Source of the DNA: a bacterium
GTDB lineage: Bacteria; Electryoneota; Electryoneia; Electryoneales; Electryoneaceae
Length of the DNA stretch: 64,000 nt
Direction of reading: 5' to 3'
NCBI GenBank assembly: GCA_963675295.2
Contig: CAXXKJ010000002.1
Coordinates: 1,536,001-1,600,000 of the forward strand
Positions 41,106 to 51,127 of the stretch are shown here, piece by piece (the first letter of the stretch is position 1; every line of letters starts with the position of its first letter). The translations under genes were made by a program, and so were the position numbers. The notes beneath the pieces were generated by a model. The model had not been told where the DNA came from. It searched no databases and saw only the letters and a list, made by a program, of their open reading frames with translations.

Positions 41106-42506
41106 TTAGCCGTGGATCGCGCGTTTGTCGACGGCGAGCGCGGTTTCCTTGATGATTTCGGCCAGGGTCGGGTGCGCATGCGAGGTGTACGCGACATCCT
41201 CCCACGACGCCTTGAACTCCACCGCCAGCGCGAGCTCGGCGATCATGTCGGACGCGCGTGCGCCGACAATCCCAGCGCCGAGGATGCGGTCGGTCTCGGC
41301 ATTGACGACGATCTTCGCCTGGCCGTCAGGCTCGTTCATGGTCAGCGCGCGGCCGTTGCCACGGTAAAGGAACTTGCCGGACTTGGTCTTGTAGCCCTGC
41401 TTCTTCGCTTCGTCCTCGGTGATGCCGACCTGTGCCAGCTCGGGCCAGGTGTAAACGATGTTCGGGATGGCGTCGTAATTGACATGTCCCGGTTCGCCGG
41501 CGATCAGTTCGGCGACCGCGATGCCTTCCTCTTCGCCCTTATGCGCCAGCATCGGGCCGCGCACGATGTCGCCGATGGCGTAGACGCCGTCCACGTTGGT
41601 GCGGAAATGGTCGTCGATCTTGACGCGTGGGCCATCCATCTCGACACCGGCGTCCTCGAGGCCGCAGTCCTCGGTGTACGGGACACGTCCGACGGAAACC
41701 AGCACCACCTCGCCCTTGAGTTCGCCGCTCTCGCCCTTTTCGTTCTCCCAGCTGAGCTTGGCCTGGGTCTTCTGCACCTCGGCGGCGGTGACCTTGGTCG
41801 AGAGCATGAAGGTCAAGCCCTGGGCTTCCAGTGACCGTTGCAGCGCCTTGGACAGCGACTTGTCGGCGAACGGCGTGATCTGCGGGAGCATCTCGACGAC
41901 GGTCACCTCCGCGCCGAGCCTGCTCCACACTGATCCCAATTCGAGCCCGACCGCGCCGGCACCGATGACGATCATCGACTTGGGTACCTTCTTGAGCTCG
42001 AGCGCTTCGGTGGAGCTGATGATGCGCTTGCCGTCGAATTTCATGAACGGCAGTTCGACCGGCTTGCTGCCCATCGCAAGGATGATGTGTTTCGACTCGA
42101 TCCCGGACTTCTTGCCGTCCTTATCCTCGAGTTCGAGCTTGCCGGGGCCCTTGAGACGGCCACGACCCTTAAGCACCGTGATCTTGTGCTTTTTCTCGAT
42201 GATCATGCGGACGCCGTCGGTGAGCTGTGTGACGACGTTCCGCTTGTTCTCGAGCATCTTCGCGATGTCGGCTTTGACGTCCTTCACGATGACGCCCTGC
42301 TCGGCGAATTTGTGCTGCACGTCGGCGTAGTGTTCGCTGGCCTCGAGCATCGCCTTGGACGGAATGCAGCCGATGTTAAGGCACGTGCCGCCAAGGGAGT
42401 CCCACTTCTCGATCAGCGTGACCTTGAAGCCGAGTTGCGCGGCGCGGATGGCGGAAACGTATCCGGCCGGTCCAGCGCCGATGACGGTGTAGTCGAAGGA
42501 TGGCAT
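41106..42506 (-). CDS. lpdA: Dihydrolipoamide dehydrogenase (E3), 2-oxoglutarate dehydrogenase operon
   Basis: GAGPAGY, GGTCLNIGCIPSK, HAHPTLAE. Confidence 0.95.
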   Translation of the reverse strand: MPSFDYTVIGAGPAGYVSAIRAAQLGFKVTLIEKWDSLGGTCLNIGCIPSKAMLEASEHYADVQHKFAEQGVIVKDVKADIAKMLENKRNVVTQLTDGVRMIIEKKHKITVLKGRGRLKGPGKLELEDKDGKKSGIESKHIILAMGSKPVELPFMKFDGKRIISSTEALELKKVPKSMIVIGAGAVGLELGSVWSRLGAEVTVVEMLPQITPFADKSLSKALQRSLEAQGLTFMLSTKVTAAEVQKTQAKLSWENEKGESGELKGEVVLVSVGRVPYTEDCGLEDAGVEMDGPRVKIDDHFRTNVDGVYAIGDIVRGPMLAHKGEEEGIAVAELIAGEPGHVNYDAIPNIVYTWPELAQVGITEDEAKKQGYKTKSGKFLYRGNGRALTMNEPDGQAKIVVNAETDRILGAGIVGARASDMIAELALAVEFKASWEDVAYTSHAHPTLAEIIKETALAVDKRAIHG

Positions 42507-43106
42507 GGTAATCGGTTCTCGGTTTTCGGTAGTCGGTACTCGGTTAACAGATACCGCAAGATCCTGCTCACGCCTGTGGCGTGTCAGGATGACTTCTTTT
42601 TCACCACGGATTCAAGATGACTTCTTTGTTGCCGCGGACTTAGGATGACTTGTTACTTACCACGGACTTAAGTCCGTGGTAAGTAAAACGTTTGGAATCC
42701 GATTCGAAGCGGGATCTTCTTCACTTCTCTTCGTTCCGTTCAGAATGACGCGCGTTGTTATCTTCTTCTCAGTCCACAGTCCACAGTCCACAGTCCACAG
42801 TCCGCAGTCCGAAGTCCGAAGTCCGCTACTCTGATCTAGCAGGTTCTACGTCTGCCCCGACGAGCTTGCTCGTCGGGATTATCCGTGCTTTCCAGCAAGC
42901 AGAACCTCGTCTCCGATGCACCCACATCAGCTTTCCGATACGGATGATCCGCGTCAGCAAGCTGACACGGCCACTTTGTTCATTCGTCGCTACAGCCCAT
43001 GGCTCATAGCCTACAGCCCTGTTTTTTCTCAGGACTCAAGACTCACGTCTCAGGACTGGTTTTGAGGTTTTACTCACCACTCAGAGCTCATGGCTCACAG
43101 CTGTTT
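42507..43106. repeat. 600-bp repeat mosaic inside the suc operon
   Basis: Heptamer tracts (42511-42547, 42770-42825, 42990-43105), three ~28-nt units (42584-42668), a perfect 34-bp palindrome (42653-42686) and a REP-like hairpin (42854-42879). Confidence 0.85.
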
Positions 43107-44408
43107 TCACACCCCAAACATCATCCGTTCCGGGTTCTCGATGCAGTCCATGATGCGTTTCAGGAATGTCACTGACTCGCGGCCGTCGATGACACGGTGG
43201 TCGTACGACATCGCGAGGTACATCATCTGTTTAACGACGATCTCGCCGGTTTCTTCGTCCACCATCGGGCGTTTCTTGATCCCGTGCATGCCGAGGATCG
43301 CGCTCTGCGGCGGGTTGAGGATCGGTGTCGAAAGCAGCGAGCCGAACACGCCACCGTTAGTGATGGTGAAGGTGCCGCCCTGCAGGTCGTCGAGTCCGAT
43401 CTTGCCTTCACGCGCGCGTTTCGCGTAGTCGGCGATCGCCAGCTCGACCTCGGCGAAGGACAATTTGTCGGCGTCACGGATGACCGGGACCATCAGCCCA
43501 CGGTCGGTGCTGACGGCGATGCCGATGTCGTAGTAGTGGTTTTCGACGAAGTCGTCACCGTCGATGAAACGGTTGACTTCGGGGAAGCGCTGTAAGGCAT
43601 CGACCACAGCCTTGACGAAGAAGCTCATCACGCCGAGCTTGATGCCATATTCCTTCTCGAAGCTGTCCTTGTACTGGCCACGCATCGCCATCAGCTTGCC
43701 CATGTCCACTTCGTTGAAGGTGGTGAGCATCGCGGTGGCGTTCTTCGCCTCGAGCAGACGCTGGGCGATCCGTTTGCGGATCTGCGTCATCGGCACACGG
43801 GTCTGGCGTTCCGAGGGATCACGCTTCGGCTGTTCTTTCGGCTTCGGCGCGGGCTTGGCGTCGGACTTGGCCGGGGCGTCTTTCTTCGGTTCCGGCTTGG
43901 CTTCGGCGGCGGGCTTGCTGTCCGTGCTGTTGAGGAAGTTCTGCACGTCCTCTTTCAGCACACGTCCGCCCTTTCCGGTGCCTTCGATCTTCGACGGATC
44001 GAGCTTATGCTGCTGCACCATGCGGCGCGCGGCGGGCATCAGACGGTCATCGTCCGGAGCGGATTCGGGTTCTTCTTTGGCGGCAGGTTCGGATTCCGGT
44101 TCGGCTTCTTCAGCGCCGGTATCTGCCTCGTCCTCGGCGGGGGCTTCGTCCTTGGATGGCGCAGATCCCGCGCCGTCGGGGTCGATGGTACCGACAACCT
44201 GGCCGATCTGCACGGTCTCGTCCTCGCCGACCTGAATCTTGACCAAACCGCCGGTTTCCGCCTGGACGGTCATCGTGATCTTGTCGGTCTCGAGTTCGAA
44301 CAGGGCGGCTTCCGCTTCGACGGTGTCGCCGTCCGCAACGTGCCATTCGACGATCACGCCTTCGGTGATCGATTCGCCGACTTCCGGAACCTTGATATCG
44401 ATTGCCAT
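43107..44408 (-). CDS. sucB: 2-oxoglutarate dehydrogenase E2 (dihydrolipoamide succinyltransferase)
   Basis: 'VPEVGESITEG', ETDK lipoyl site, 'AMLTTFNEVDM', 'SYDHRVIDG'. Confidence 0.95.
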   Translation of the reverse strand: MAIDIKVPEVGESITEGVIVEWHVADGDTVEAEAALFELETDKITMTVQAETGGLVKIQVGEDETVQIGQVVGTIDPDGAGSAPSKDEAPAEDEADTGAEEAEPESEPAAKEEPESAPDDDRLMPAARRMVQQHKLDPSKIEGTGKGGRVLKEDVQNFLNSTDSKPAAEAKPEPKKDAPAKSDAKPAPKPKEQPKRDPSERQTRVPMTQIRKRIAQRLLEAKNATAMLTTFNEVDMGKLMAMRGQYKDSFEKEYGIKLGVMSFFVKAVVDALQRFPEVNRFIDGDDFVENHYYDIGIAVSTDRGLMVPVIRDADKLSFAEVELAIADYAKRAREGKIGLDDLQGGTFTITNGGVFGSLLSTPILNPPQSAILGMHGIKKRPMVDEETGEIVVKQMMYLAMSYDHRVIDGRESVTFLKRIMDCIENPERMMFGV

Positions 44409-44429
44409 GACTTCGCTCTCTCTGAAATC

Positions 44430-44511
44430 GCAACGGATGCAAAAGACGCAACAGATGCAACTGACGAAACAAGTAACGTTTGATGATCCCGACCAGCAAG
44501 CTGGTCGGGGC
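44430..44511. repeat. Nonamer tract (GCAACAGAT-like x5) plus REP-like hairpin
   Basis: gcaacggat gcaaaagac gcaacagat gcaactgac gaaacaagt; ATCCCGACCAGCAAGCTGGTCGGGGC at 44486-44511. Confidence 0.75.
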
Positions 44512-44581
44512 AAACTTCAGACTTCGACCGCTGACCGGAGAACGGTCAATGAGAATCGCCCAGCGGAACTGGGCGGTAAAG

Positions 44582-47545
44582 TTAGTTTGCGCTCTTGGCT
44601 TTCGCTTTCTTCTTCGGGGCCTCGGAGGAACTCTTCTTCGGCGTCTCAGAAGAACTCTTGTCCACTCCCTTGTTGGCTCCGTTGCCCTGGCCGTTCGTGT
44701 GCAGAAGCTGGTCGAACGAATCCGGCAGCACGGTCTCGTCCTGAATCCGTTCGGACGATGTCAGTGCCATGTCAATGATCAGCTGTTGTTCCTGCCGGTG
44801 CCGGTTGAGCGAACCGGTCGCCGGGCTGGCGGCGTACGCTCGGCCGACATAGCGAATCTTCAGCTCGGGGAAGAGGTGGCGTAGCAACGGGTACATGAAG
44901 GTCCAGCCGCCACGGTTCTTCGTCTCTTCCTGCACCCAGACCAGCTCTTTCGCGTTGCTGTATCGGCCGACGATTTCCCGCAGCAGATCGTCCCGTGTCG
45001 GATAAAACTGTTCGACACGGATCAGGGCGGCGTCCTTGAGATCGTCCTCGTCCCGCTTTTCCGCGAGGTCGTGATAGATCTTCCCGCTGCACAGTATGAT
45101 GCGCCGGGCCTTCAGGGGTTGCTTCGGATCGTCGAGGATCTCGTGGAACTGGCCGTCCACGAGTTCGTCAATGGTCGATACCGCGCGCTTGTCACGCAGC
45201 ATGCTCTTCGGCGCCATGATGATCAACGGCTTGCGGAACGGCTGCCGGATCTGACGGCGCAGCGCGTGATAGTACTGTGCCGGGGTGGACAGGTTGCAGA
45301 CCTGGATATTTTCCTCGGCGCAGGCGGCGAGGTAGCGTTCGAGGTATGCGTTCGAGTGTTCCGGTCCCTGGCCCTCGTAGCCGTGCGGCAACAGCAAGAC
45401 GAGGCCGCTGTTGCGTTGCCACTTCGACTCGCTGGAGGTGATGAACTGGTCGACGATCATCTGCGCGCCGTTGGTGAAGTCGCCGAATTGCGCTTCCCAA
45501 TGGATTAACATGCGCGGCTCGGCGAGCGAGTAGCCGTACTCGAAGCCGAGGATTGACTGTTCCGCCAACGGGCTGTTGTAGGCGCAGAAATGGCCCTGCT
45601 CCTCGGCGATGCTGTTGAGCGGGAGGTAGCGTTCGGCGGTGTCGGTGTCAACCCAGCCGGAATGGCGCTGGGAGAACGTGCCGCGGATGCTGTCCTGACC
45701 TGACAAACGGACCGGCGTCCCTTCCTGCAGCAGGGTACCCCAGGCCAATGATTCGGCGAACGACCAGTCGACCGGACCGTTCTGTTCGAACGCTTCGACG
45801 CGTTTCGGCAGCTGCCGGGCGATCTTGCGGTTGATGTTGAAGCCGTCCGGGACAGTGGTCAGTGCCTTGACCACCTTACCGAGGTCTTCCCGCGTCACCC
45901 GGGTGTCGACAGGTTCACGGGTGTACTTGCCTTCCAACCCTTTCCAGTAATCATCGTAGGCCTGGACTTCGAGTTCGGTAACCTCGCTGCGGGCGTATTC
46001 GAAGTGACGCTGCAGTTGTGTCTGCAGATCATCGGTGATCTTCTCGGCGTCTTCCTTTGTCAGCACCTTTTCGTCGAGCAGATGCTTCGTATAAATCTCA
46101 CGTGTGGACGGGTGCTTCTTGATCTTCGCGTACAGTTTAGGCTGGGTGAACGCCGGTTCGTCGCCCTCGTTATGGCCGTGCTTGCGGTAGCAGAGCATAT
46201 CGACGACGACATCCTTGCCGAATTCCTGCCGGTACTTCAGCGCGAGGTCCATCGCGTAGACGACCGCTTCCGGATCGTCGCCGTTGACGTGGAAGATCGG
46301 CGCGTCAATCATCCGCGCGATGTCGGTGGAATAGGGCGAGGAACGCGAATCGGACGGATCGGTGGTGAATCCGATCTGGTTGTTGATGATGACATGCACC
46401 GTGCCGCCCGTGGAATAGCCCTTGAGCTGGGACATGTTGAGCGTTTCCGCGACCATGCCCTGCCCGGCGAATGCGGCGTCACCATGCACCAGCAGGCCGA
46501 GCACCTTCTTGCGGTTCTCGACATCACCACGCTGCCGTTGTTTCGCCCGCACCTTGCCCAACGCGACCGGGTTAACCGCTTCGAGGTGGCTCGGGTTGGC
46601 GGTAAGGCTGAGGTGGACCGACCGTCCCCAACGATTGCGGTGTTCGCTGCTGTAGCCCTTGTGGTACTTGACGTCTCCGTCGCCGCCATACGCTTCGGAG
46701 AGCATCGCCCCCTCGAACTCGGAGAAGATCATTGCGTATGACTTGTCGAGGATGTTGCTGAGGAAGTTGAGCCGGCCACGGTGGGCCATGCCGATGACGA
46801 TCTCCTCGATATCGTGTTCCGGGGCCTGTTCGACGAGATGGTGCACGCCGGGAATAACCGCTTCGGCGCCTTCGAGGCTGAACCGTTTCTGGCCGGGGTA
46901 GCGTGTCTGGATGAAGCTTTCGAAGATTTCGGCGTCAGTGAGGTGCGAGAGGATTTCGAGCTTGTCGTCCTGGTCGAGATTGGGCTGGTTCTGGTTCGGC
47001 TCCATCTGGGCCTGCAACCAGCGCCGCACCTCGATATTCTCGATGTGAGTGTATTGCACGCCGATGTGGCCGCAGTAGGTTGCTTTCAGGGCGTCGATGA
47101 TCTCACGCAACGACAGCCGGTCAGGGACATGCAGGTGCCCGGTGTCGAACTCACGGTCGAGGTCGGCCTCGCTGAAACCGAAGTTCTCGATGGAGAGGTC
47201 AACCGCGCCGGCGTCCGGCGACTGCAGCGGGTTGATGTCGGCGATCATGTGGCCGAGACTGCGGTAAGCGTAGATCAGGCTGGCAACACGTGACTGTGCT
47301 GCGGCTTCGTCGGCGGAATAGCCCTGCGCCGAACCCGGAGCGGTTGCACCGGCGGGCGCACCGTCCTGCTCAGACTGCATCCCCTGGGCGAACTTGAATC
47401 CCTTGAAGAAGAACTGCCAGGTTTCGTCCACCGATTCCGGGTCTTCCAGCCAGCGTTGATACTGCTGGTCGACGTATTCCGCGTTGTCCAGTCCGAGGCC
47501 GGACAGGTTGATCAGGTCCGTTGAGGCGTTTTTCTCATCCGCCAC
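44582..47545 (-). CDS. sucA: 2-oxoglutarate dehydrogenase E1 (start uncertain)
   Basis: 'KRFSLEG', 'GMAHRGRLN', 'NPSHLE', 'HGDAAFAGQG', 'WEAQFGDF', 'HGYEGQGPEHS'. Confidence 0.97.
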   Translation of the reverse strand: MADEKNASTDLINLSGLGLDNAEYVDQQYQRWLEDPESVDETWQFFFKGFKFAQGMQSEQDGAPAGATAPGSAQGYSADEAAAQSRVASLIYAYRSLGHMIADINPLQSPDAGAVDLSIENFGFSEADLDREFDTGHLHVPDRLSLREIIDALKATYCGHIGVQYTHIENIEVRRWLQAQMEPNQNQPNLDQDDKLEILSHLTDAEIFESFIQTRYPGQKRFSLEGAEAVIPGVHHLVEQAPEHDIEEIVIGMAHRGRLNFLSNILDKSYAMIFSEFEGAMLSEAYGGDGDVKYHKGYSSEHRNRWGRSVHLSLTANPSHLEAVNPVALGKVRAKQRQRGDVENRKKVLGLLVHGDAAFAGQGMVAETLNMSQLKGYSTGGTVHVIINNQIGFTTDPSDSRSSPYSTDIARMIDAPIFHVNGDDPEAVVYAMDLALKYRQEFGKDVVVDMLCYRKHGHNEGDEPAFTQPKLYAKIKKHPSTREIYTKHLLDEKVLTKEDAEKITDDLQTQLQRHFEYARSEVTELEVQAYDDYWKGLEGKYTREPVDTRVTREDLGKVVKALTTVPDGFNINRKIARQLPKRVEAFEQNGPVDWSFAESLAWGTLLQEGTPVRLSGQDSIRGTFSQRHSGWVDTDTAERYLPLNSIAEEQGHFCAYNSPLAEQSILGFEYGYSLAEPRMLIHWEAQFGDFTNGAQMIVDQFITSSESKWQRNSGLVLLLPHGYEGQGPEHSNAYLERYLAACAEENIQVCNLSTPAQYYHALRRQIRQPFRKPLIIMAPKSMLRDKRAVSTIDELVDGQFHEILDDPKQPLKARRIILCSGKIYHDLAEKRDEDDLKDAALIRVEQFYPTRDDLLREIVGRYSNAKELVWVQEETKNRGGWTFMYPLLRHLFPELKIRYVGRAYAASPATGSLNRHRQEQQLIIDMALTSSERIQDETVLPDSFDQLLHTNGQGNGANKGVDKSSSETPKKSSSEAPKKKAKAKSAN

Positions 47546-47772
47546 GGGAGCCCCCTGAGCGTGTGTTCGCTGCGTGCGTGACAAGTTGTATCCTGCTCAC
47601 GCAGAACTTGCAAGATAGATTCCTGCGATGCTGTGCGATTGCGGAGCACAGATCGCCCGCGGAGGTGGATCTCCTTCGCGGGCGTAAAAATTAGGAATCA
47701 CTAAGATAAGGTGCGGAGCTCAGGAAAGAGAACTCCTCAACGCGAACGGGGAGAACCCGAGCGCACCATGTC

Positions 47773-48612
47773 TCAGGTCGAGATCAGCGGACGGTAGAGG
47801 TCGACCCGGCGATCGTTGAGACGATGATTGTGCGGCGTGATCATCTTCTCATCGGCGAGGTTCAGGTCGATGGTCGCCAGTCCGACATGGTCCTGATCTT
47901 CCGGTGCGGACACGAGAATGTCGCCGCGCGGGCTCATCACCTGGCTCGCGCCGGTGAAGGTCAGGCTGCGGCCGACACGATCTTCACGTCCGATCCGGTT
48001 CGAGGTGATGGTGAAGACACCGTTCTCCACGCTGCGCGAATACATCGCCTTCTGGCAGTAGCGGAGGACGAGGTTCGACGGATGCGCGACGACTTCCGCA
48101 CCGGACAGCGCCAGCAGGCGGGTCGTTTCCGGGAACAGCCAGTCGAAGCAGATCATCAGGCCGATGCGTCCGGCTGGAGTCACGATCACCGGCGGCTGAT
48201 TGTGGGCCTTGTCGAACAGTTCCTTCTCACGGTCGAACAGGTGGATCTTACGGTAGGCATGCGCCATGCCGTCCGGGGTGATCAGGACGGCGGTGTTGAA
48301 AATGCGGTTGTGACGGGTATCTTTTTCCGGGAAACCGATCACGAGGGTGGTTTTCAGTTCACGCGCGAGGCCGGCCATTTTCTTGGCGGTGGGGCCGCTG
48401 TTGAACGGCTCAGCGTATTTTTCGACTTCATCCCGGTCCATGAACTCATAGCCGGTGGTTGCCAATTCGGGGAGCACGAGCAAGTCGGCGTCGGGCGCAG
48501 TGCGGATAAGTTCTTCCGCCATGTCAAGATTCTTCTTGACCTCACCGAATTCCGGTTTAAACTGCACATACCCAACTGTTTTCTCGCGTCTTTCCTTGGC
48601 AGGCTTGTTCAT
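47773..48612 (-). CDS. Carbon-nitrogen hydrolase (nitrilase superfamily)
   Basis: E-K-C triad: 'VLPEL', 'YRKIHL', 'ICFDWLFPE'. Confidence 0.92.
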   Translation of the reverse strand: MNKPAKERREKTVGYVQFKPEFGEVKKNLDMAEELIRTAPDADLLVLPELATTGYEFMDRDEVEKYAEPFNSGPTAKKMAGLARELKTTLVIGFPEKDTRHNRIFNTAVLITPDGMAHAYRKIHLFDREKELFDKAHNQPPVIVTPAGRIGLMICFDWLFPETTRLLALSGAEVVAHPSNLVLRYCQKAMYSRSVENGVFTITSNRIGREDRVGRSLTFTGASQVMSPRGDILVSAPEDQDHVGLATIDLNLADEKMITPHNHRLNDRRVDLYRPLIST

Positions 48613-48965
48613 GGCTACTCCGTCTATCCTGAAAAATAATCTTGAAGTTACGAATCCCGAACTTTTTCCCGGAACGAATCCCACGGTGCGTAAACCACAC
48701 CAGATCGCTTAGAATGCGATAAGAATCACAAGGTGGGTAACCGCCTGGACCCATCGGGGTATGTGAACTGCGTGTCAGCAGAAAGCCTCGGAGTACACGT
48801 ACGTCAAACAGATACTCCCGTGTGTTTGGTCAGTTCCAGCCGGGGCTCCTGATCACGAATCCGGGAGGATACGACAAACCCGCACCATTTCGCAAGTTTC
48901 GGGCATCGCGTTAGAAACTCGTTCACGCTTAACGCGGGAAATCGTACCGAGATCCGCGCCTCCAC

Positions 48966-50522
48966 TCAGTTTTCGTCCATCAGGCGCTTCGAGCCAGCCA
49001 GTTTGCGGATTTGGCTAACATCCTGAACCGATTCAAGGCAGCCGAGGTAGGTTCCGTCCTCGTCGCGCACCGCATCGTAGCGGATAAATATGAACTTCCC
49101 GCCGAAGTCATCCATCCAGAATTGAGCTGTTTCCCGGGTTCCTGCTTTCATTTCGCTGAGGATGCGGTTAACCATGTTGAGACTTTTGGGCGGGTGGCAG
49201 TTCTGCACCTTGCGTCCGATCACGGCGGGTGTGCGCGGGAAGATTTTGTCCGTGACGCCGGTAAAATAGCAGACCTCGTCGTTCTCATCCACGAAAGACA
49301 GCTCCACCGGAAGCGCGAGCAGGATGCGGTCGAGCTGCTTCCCAGTGAGATGGCCGTGGGTGATGACCACAGAATCAGCATTCGCCGCTGCGTTTTTGCG
49401 GTAGGCCGGTTCGTTGTCGGCATCCGTCTCCTCGGCAAACAACGGGTGATGCTGCTTGAAGTGGTCGGACGCGGTTTGCTGCACAGGTCCTGGCATCTTG
49501 ATTCGTGGCGACCACTCATCACCACGTTCGACCAGCGTGAAGCCGAGTTCTTCTTCCTGCTTGTAAATGTCGGCCCAGTGCTCGTGCTGCAACATCTCGA
49601 TGGAGGTGGGCAGCAGGATGGTCTCCTCCTTGGTCACCATGTCGTCGATTTTGGTCAACAGCGGCGGCAGTTGCGATGCAAGAGCGGCGGTATCCGTGTC
49701 TTCCAGCGCCTGGCCGGCGGCTTTCAATCCGGCGCGGATCTCATCATGGATCGCCCACATCACTTTGCTCGGACCTTCAAAGCCTTCGCGTTCCAGCTTC
49801 GGGAAGAGCAGGTTTTCCTTGCGCAGGTAGTGGCGTTCGACTTGCTGCAGGAGGGGGAGCTGGTCGTTCAGGGCGGCAACCAGCTTGTCCGGGTCGCCGG
49901 AGTGAGATTCGACAGCTTGCCGGATCGACTGCGTAATCTCCTTCAGAGCGAGATTTTCCGCGACGAACGTATAGACCGGATGGCCGGGAGTTTGTTCGGC
50001 AACCTGGGTTCCGGCTGCTCCTTCGCCCATGATGCTGACGTGCACATCGCACAGCTCCTGGATCATTTCAACGGGCAGTCCCTCGCTGATCAACTGCTGT
50101 TCCATCAGCGCGATGTCTTTCGCCGGGACAGACCCGAATTGATGCTGGAATCTCTCCTTCGCCGATTCCATCGTTTCGTTGCCGGCATGGAGAGAGAGGA
50201 TTAAAGCCTTGAGGTCGTCCAGCTGCTGCTGATCGTCGGCGACAGGCTTGCCAGGATCGACCTGAACCTCAACCTGCTCGTGTTCACGGATCGCCCCGGC
50301 GACGACGGCAAGCAGATCCTCCAGCTTGAGGCTGCCCATCGCGGCGGCACGGCGGAGAGTTGCGACACGGCCGATGGTGTTGCGCATCAGTGGATTCTTC
50401 AGCGCCTTGAAGTTGCTGGACAGCTCAATCAGCCGGTCCGCGAGCCACGGGTAGTCGCGGAGCAGATCGTGGATTCGTGTATCGGCTGAAATCGTTACGG
50501 GCGTGCGGTTATCGTTACTCAT
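48966..50522 (-). CDS. DUF1858/DUF438 protein with hemerythrin-like and PAS domains
   Basis: 'LCDVH', 'GHPV..F..EN', 'HYLRKENLLFP', 'VMWAIHDEIR', PAS 'VIGRKVQNCHPPKS'. Confidence 0.85.
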   Translation of the reverse strand: MSNDNRTPVTISADTRIHDLLRDYPWLADRLIELSSNFKALKNPLMRNTIGRVATLRRAAAMGSLKLEDLLAVVAGAIREHEQVEVQVDPGKPVADDQQQLDDLKALILSLHAGNETMESAKERFQHQFGSVPAKDIALMEQQLISEGLPVEMIQELCDVHVSIMGEGAAGTQVAEQTPGHPVYTFVAENLALKEITQSIRQAVESHSGDPDKLVAALNDQLPLLQQVERHYLRKENLLFPKLEREGFEGPSKVMWAIHDEIRAGLKAAGQALEDTDTAALASQLPPLLTKIDDMVTKEETILLPTSIEMLQHEHWADIYKQEEELGFTLVERGDEWSPRIKMPGPVQQTASDHFKQHHPLFAEETDADNEPAYRKNAAANADSVVITHGHLTGKQLDRILLALPVELSFVDENDEVCYFTGVTDKIFPRTPAVIGRKVQNCHPPKSLNMVNRILSEMKAGTRETAQFWMDDFGGKFIFIRYDAVRDEDGTYLGCLESVQDVSQIRKLAGSKRLMDEN

Positions 50523-50610
50523 GAATCGCTGTTCCTTAGCTACGGGTTGTGTTGCTGGTAGAAGGATACAGCGAATCGGTCCGAACGGAATTGACGAATG
50601 CAAAAACGGC

Positions 50611-50663
50611 AAACTCCACCCGGAGTCAGGACAAATGGCGATTCGTGACTCAGGGTGGAGTTT
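50611..50663. other. Long inverted repeat (hairpin) between the PAS and DUF438 genes
   Basis: AAACTCCACCC(G)GAGTCA ... TGACTC(A)GGGTGGAGTTT. Confidence 0.6.
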
Positions 50664-50687
50664 CAGTAACGATGGGATGTAAGCGGA

Positions 50688-51086
50688 CTATTCGAGCGTA
50701 CGTTTCTCGCCGGTGAGCGGCTGGAGTTTGGTGATGTCCTCAACGTATTCGAGGCAGCCAAGGTACTGGTTGCCGAGCGCGCGGACGGCGTAATAGCGGG
50801 TGAGGATCATACGGTCCTGCGAATCCTTGTGCCAGAATTCGGCGACATCACGCTTGCCGGATTTCAGTTCCTCGAGCAGTTGATTGACGAGGTCAATGCT
50901 GCTTTCTGAATGGCATTGTCGCACGTCGGTTCCGATGATGGACAAGTCGCGTTCGAAAATGAGATTCGGCCGGTCGGTGAACCAGGTGACGATGTCATTT
51001 TCATCAATGAACGTGATTTCGCCCGGCAGGGCGGACAGGATGGCTTCGATCTGTTCGGGAGACAGTTCCCCCGTATTGAACATCAT
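50688..51086 (-). CDS. Stand-alone PAS domain protein, paralogous to the C-terminus of the adjacent DUF438 protein
   Basis: 'LPGEITFIDEND', 'IIGTDVRQCH', 'YLGCLE'; GAGGAGG RBS. Confidence 0.85.
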   Translation of the reverse strand: MMFNTGELSPEQIEAILSALPGEITFIDENDIVTWFTDRPNLIFERDLSIIGTDVRQCHSESSIDLVNQLLEELKSGKRDVAEFWHKDSQDRMILTRYYAVRALGNQYLGCLEYVEDITKLQPLTGEKRTLE

Positions 51087-51127
51087 CTGCAGTGTCCTCC
51101 TCAGTGATCTATGATGAAGTCGGGGGG

